Shown one piece after another: positions 62,528 to 64,000 of a DNA stretch of 64,000 bases (positions within the stretch are counted from its first letter, which is position 1; each line of letters begins with the position of its first letter). The DNA lies in NCBI GenBank assembly GCA_963805085.1, contig CAWDTA010000002.1:288001-352000 (forward strand), in the 5' to 3' direction. The stretch is from an uncultured Veillonellaceae bacterium. GTDB taxonomy: Bacteria; Bacillota; Negativicutes; JARBTT01. The translations under genes and the position numbers were made by a program. Below the pieces are notes generated by a model. It made no database searches. It was not told the origin of the DNA and saw only the letters and a list, made by a program, of their open reading frames with translations.

Positions 62528-63262
62528 TTATTGCCAGCATAATATATGAGATGCTTCATCCTTTGGCATTCTGGCCAATTCCTCATACTCATTAATCTTT
62601 CCTATATCCCACCAATCATAGTCACGCACATAACCGTAAATAGGGATATTTTCCTTTAATAGCACCGGAAAAACGTCCCCTGGTAAATCTACAATTTGGC
62701 AGTCCGGATCAAATCGCTCAATATAAGGCATTATGCTATGATCTAGTACATACGCTCCAGTACTGATTGGTCGACCAAGATTTGCTTTTTCAAAAAAACC
62801 TGTAACAATGTTCCGTTCATCTACTTCTGCTAGTCCGACCTCCAAGCGGTACCGAGTGGAAAATGCGACAGTAACCAGTCCTTGATGCCCTTGGTGAAAA
62901 GCAATCAATTCACTGAAATTAAGGTGACTAATCGTATCTCCCGGTACAACGAGAAACGTCGTTTCCTCTTTACCTAAGAGTTCTTTAGCCCGCCATATCT
63001 CACCAGCCTTTCCCGCCGGTGAGGAACCATAACTATACTGAATGGTCACACCCCATCGGCTACCATCGGCGAAGTAGTTCTCTATTTGCTCAGCGAAATA
63101 ACTGACCGCCATAACATACTCCCTAAGTCCATGAGATATCAGATGGAGAAGAACCCACTCTAAAAGAGGTTTCCCCTGAATCGGCACCATCGGCTTTGGG
63201 ATAAAGTCAGTAATTGGTCGCAAGCGGGTTCCTTTTCCTGCCGCCAAGATTAAAGTTTTCAT
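62528..63262 (-). CDS. NDP-sugar synthase / nucleotidyltransferase
   Basis: ILAAGKGTRLRP...PKPM, WWDIG. Confidence 0.9.
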   Translation of the reverse strand: MKTLILAAGKGTRLRPITDFIPKPMVPIQGKPLLEWVLLHLISHGLREYVMAVSYFAEQIENYFADGSRWGVTIQYSYGSSPAGKAGEIWRAKELLGKEETTFLVVPGDTISHLNFSELIAFHQGHQGLVTVAFSTRYRLEVGLAEVDERNIVTGFFEKANLGRPISTGAYVLDHSIMPYIERFDPDCQIVDLPGDVFPVLLKENIPIYGYVRDYDWWDIGKINEYEELARMPKDEASHILCWQ

Positions 63263-64000
63263 TGTAGAACTGTCTCCTTGATGGCAAGCTTTTCTGCTAG
63301 TGAAGCAGCCCGCTCAGCTCCACCGTACTTTTCCCCTAAGGTCTTTAGTTTTGCGGCTTGCAGGCGATAATTAGAGTCATTTACTACGGCTTGTACCGCT
63401 TCAGCCAACATCTGTGGGGTCAACGCTTTCTTATCAAGAACAATTCCCGCACCACTTTGCGCCAGCACGGCTCCATTGTCCTCCTGTTCAGCCATCGAAG
63501 GGATCACCACTGCCGGTGTACCACAAGCTAAGCAGGTCATAAGTGTAGATGAACCTCCGTGAAAGATGGTTACATCACTGGCCTTGATTAACTCCGTACC
63601 GGGCACGAATCCTCGAATGATGGTATTGCTGGGTGGATTAAATGATTTTATTTTGTCTGGAGAAATGGCAATGCCTGTGGCAATAACCCCTATCATCTGC
63701 GACAAAAGCCTTAGCGACTCAAGAACAAGTTGAAGGAACTGTTCACCAATCAGTGACGAGCCGCCCCCGATGGTCACATACACCAGTGTCTTATCACTAG
63801 CGCCGATATGCTTTTCCTTAAGTTTCTCCCGGGATGGCATCGCATCCGGATATTCAATTAATAATGGTCCGGTAAAATGAATCTTTTCCTGAAAATTCGC
63901 AGCATTTGCTCCTAGGTTTTCAAAGGTAACGCCGCCACTAATCTCAGGCATACCTTCAATCATAATAAAGTCCGCCGCAGTAAGAGAACTGGAGATTTTC
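63259..64000 (-). CDS. GT-B glycosyltransferase (GT1/GT28-like), 5' end outside the window
   Basis: YVT.GG, GFVP, FHGGSST, G.P.V.IP...EQ..N C-terminal signature. Confidence 0.8.
   Translation of the reverse strand, partial: KISSSLTAADFIMIEGMPEISGGVTFENLGANAANFQEKIHFTGPLLIEYPDAMPSREKLKEKHIGASDKTLVYVTIGGGSSLIGEQFLQLVLESLRLLSQMIGVIATGIAISPDKIKSFNPPSNTIIRGFVPGTELIKASDVTIFHGGSSTLMTCLACGTPAVVIPSMAEQEDNGAVLAQSGAGIVLDKKALTPQMLAEAVQAVVNDSNYRLQAAKLKTLGEKYGGAERAASLAEKLAIKETVLQ

Overview
Low-GC Firmicutes chromosome segment; a Negativicutes-like origin is my inference, not proven. Bases 1-14.6 kb are the conserved housekeeping block rpmE-DUF1385-prfA-prmC-tsaC-mntP-ywlE-rpiB-ywlG-glyA-upp-dCMP deaminase ... 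tagO/wecA-wecB-atpZ. Bases 15.5-38.4 kb hold a complete type I-B CRISPR-Cas locus. Its array has about 157 copies of a 31-nt repeat (hand count), is interrupted in two spacers by an IS110 and an IS21, and ends in a type I-C-like repeat. The IS110 non-coding end contains candidate bridge-RNA guides that match its insertion site and spell a Shine-Dalgarno-like target. Bases 38.4-53.3 kb are a decaying accessory island: repeated HTH/small-gene cassettes with RhuM, YhcG and Fic cargo, four Bug/TctC lipoprotein paralogs without TctAB, two more solitary I-C-like repeats, and an integrase remnant. Bases 53.5-62.4 kb carry three signal-peptide-less glycoside hydrolases (GH30, GH43, GH31-FN3-CBM20) interleaved with phage-type regulators, a resolvase remnant, a structured non-coding region and a degenerate lysis-like cassette. 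The window ends in a glycosyltransferase/nucleotidyltransferase operon. All calls are by eye; no searches were run.
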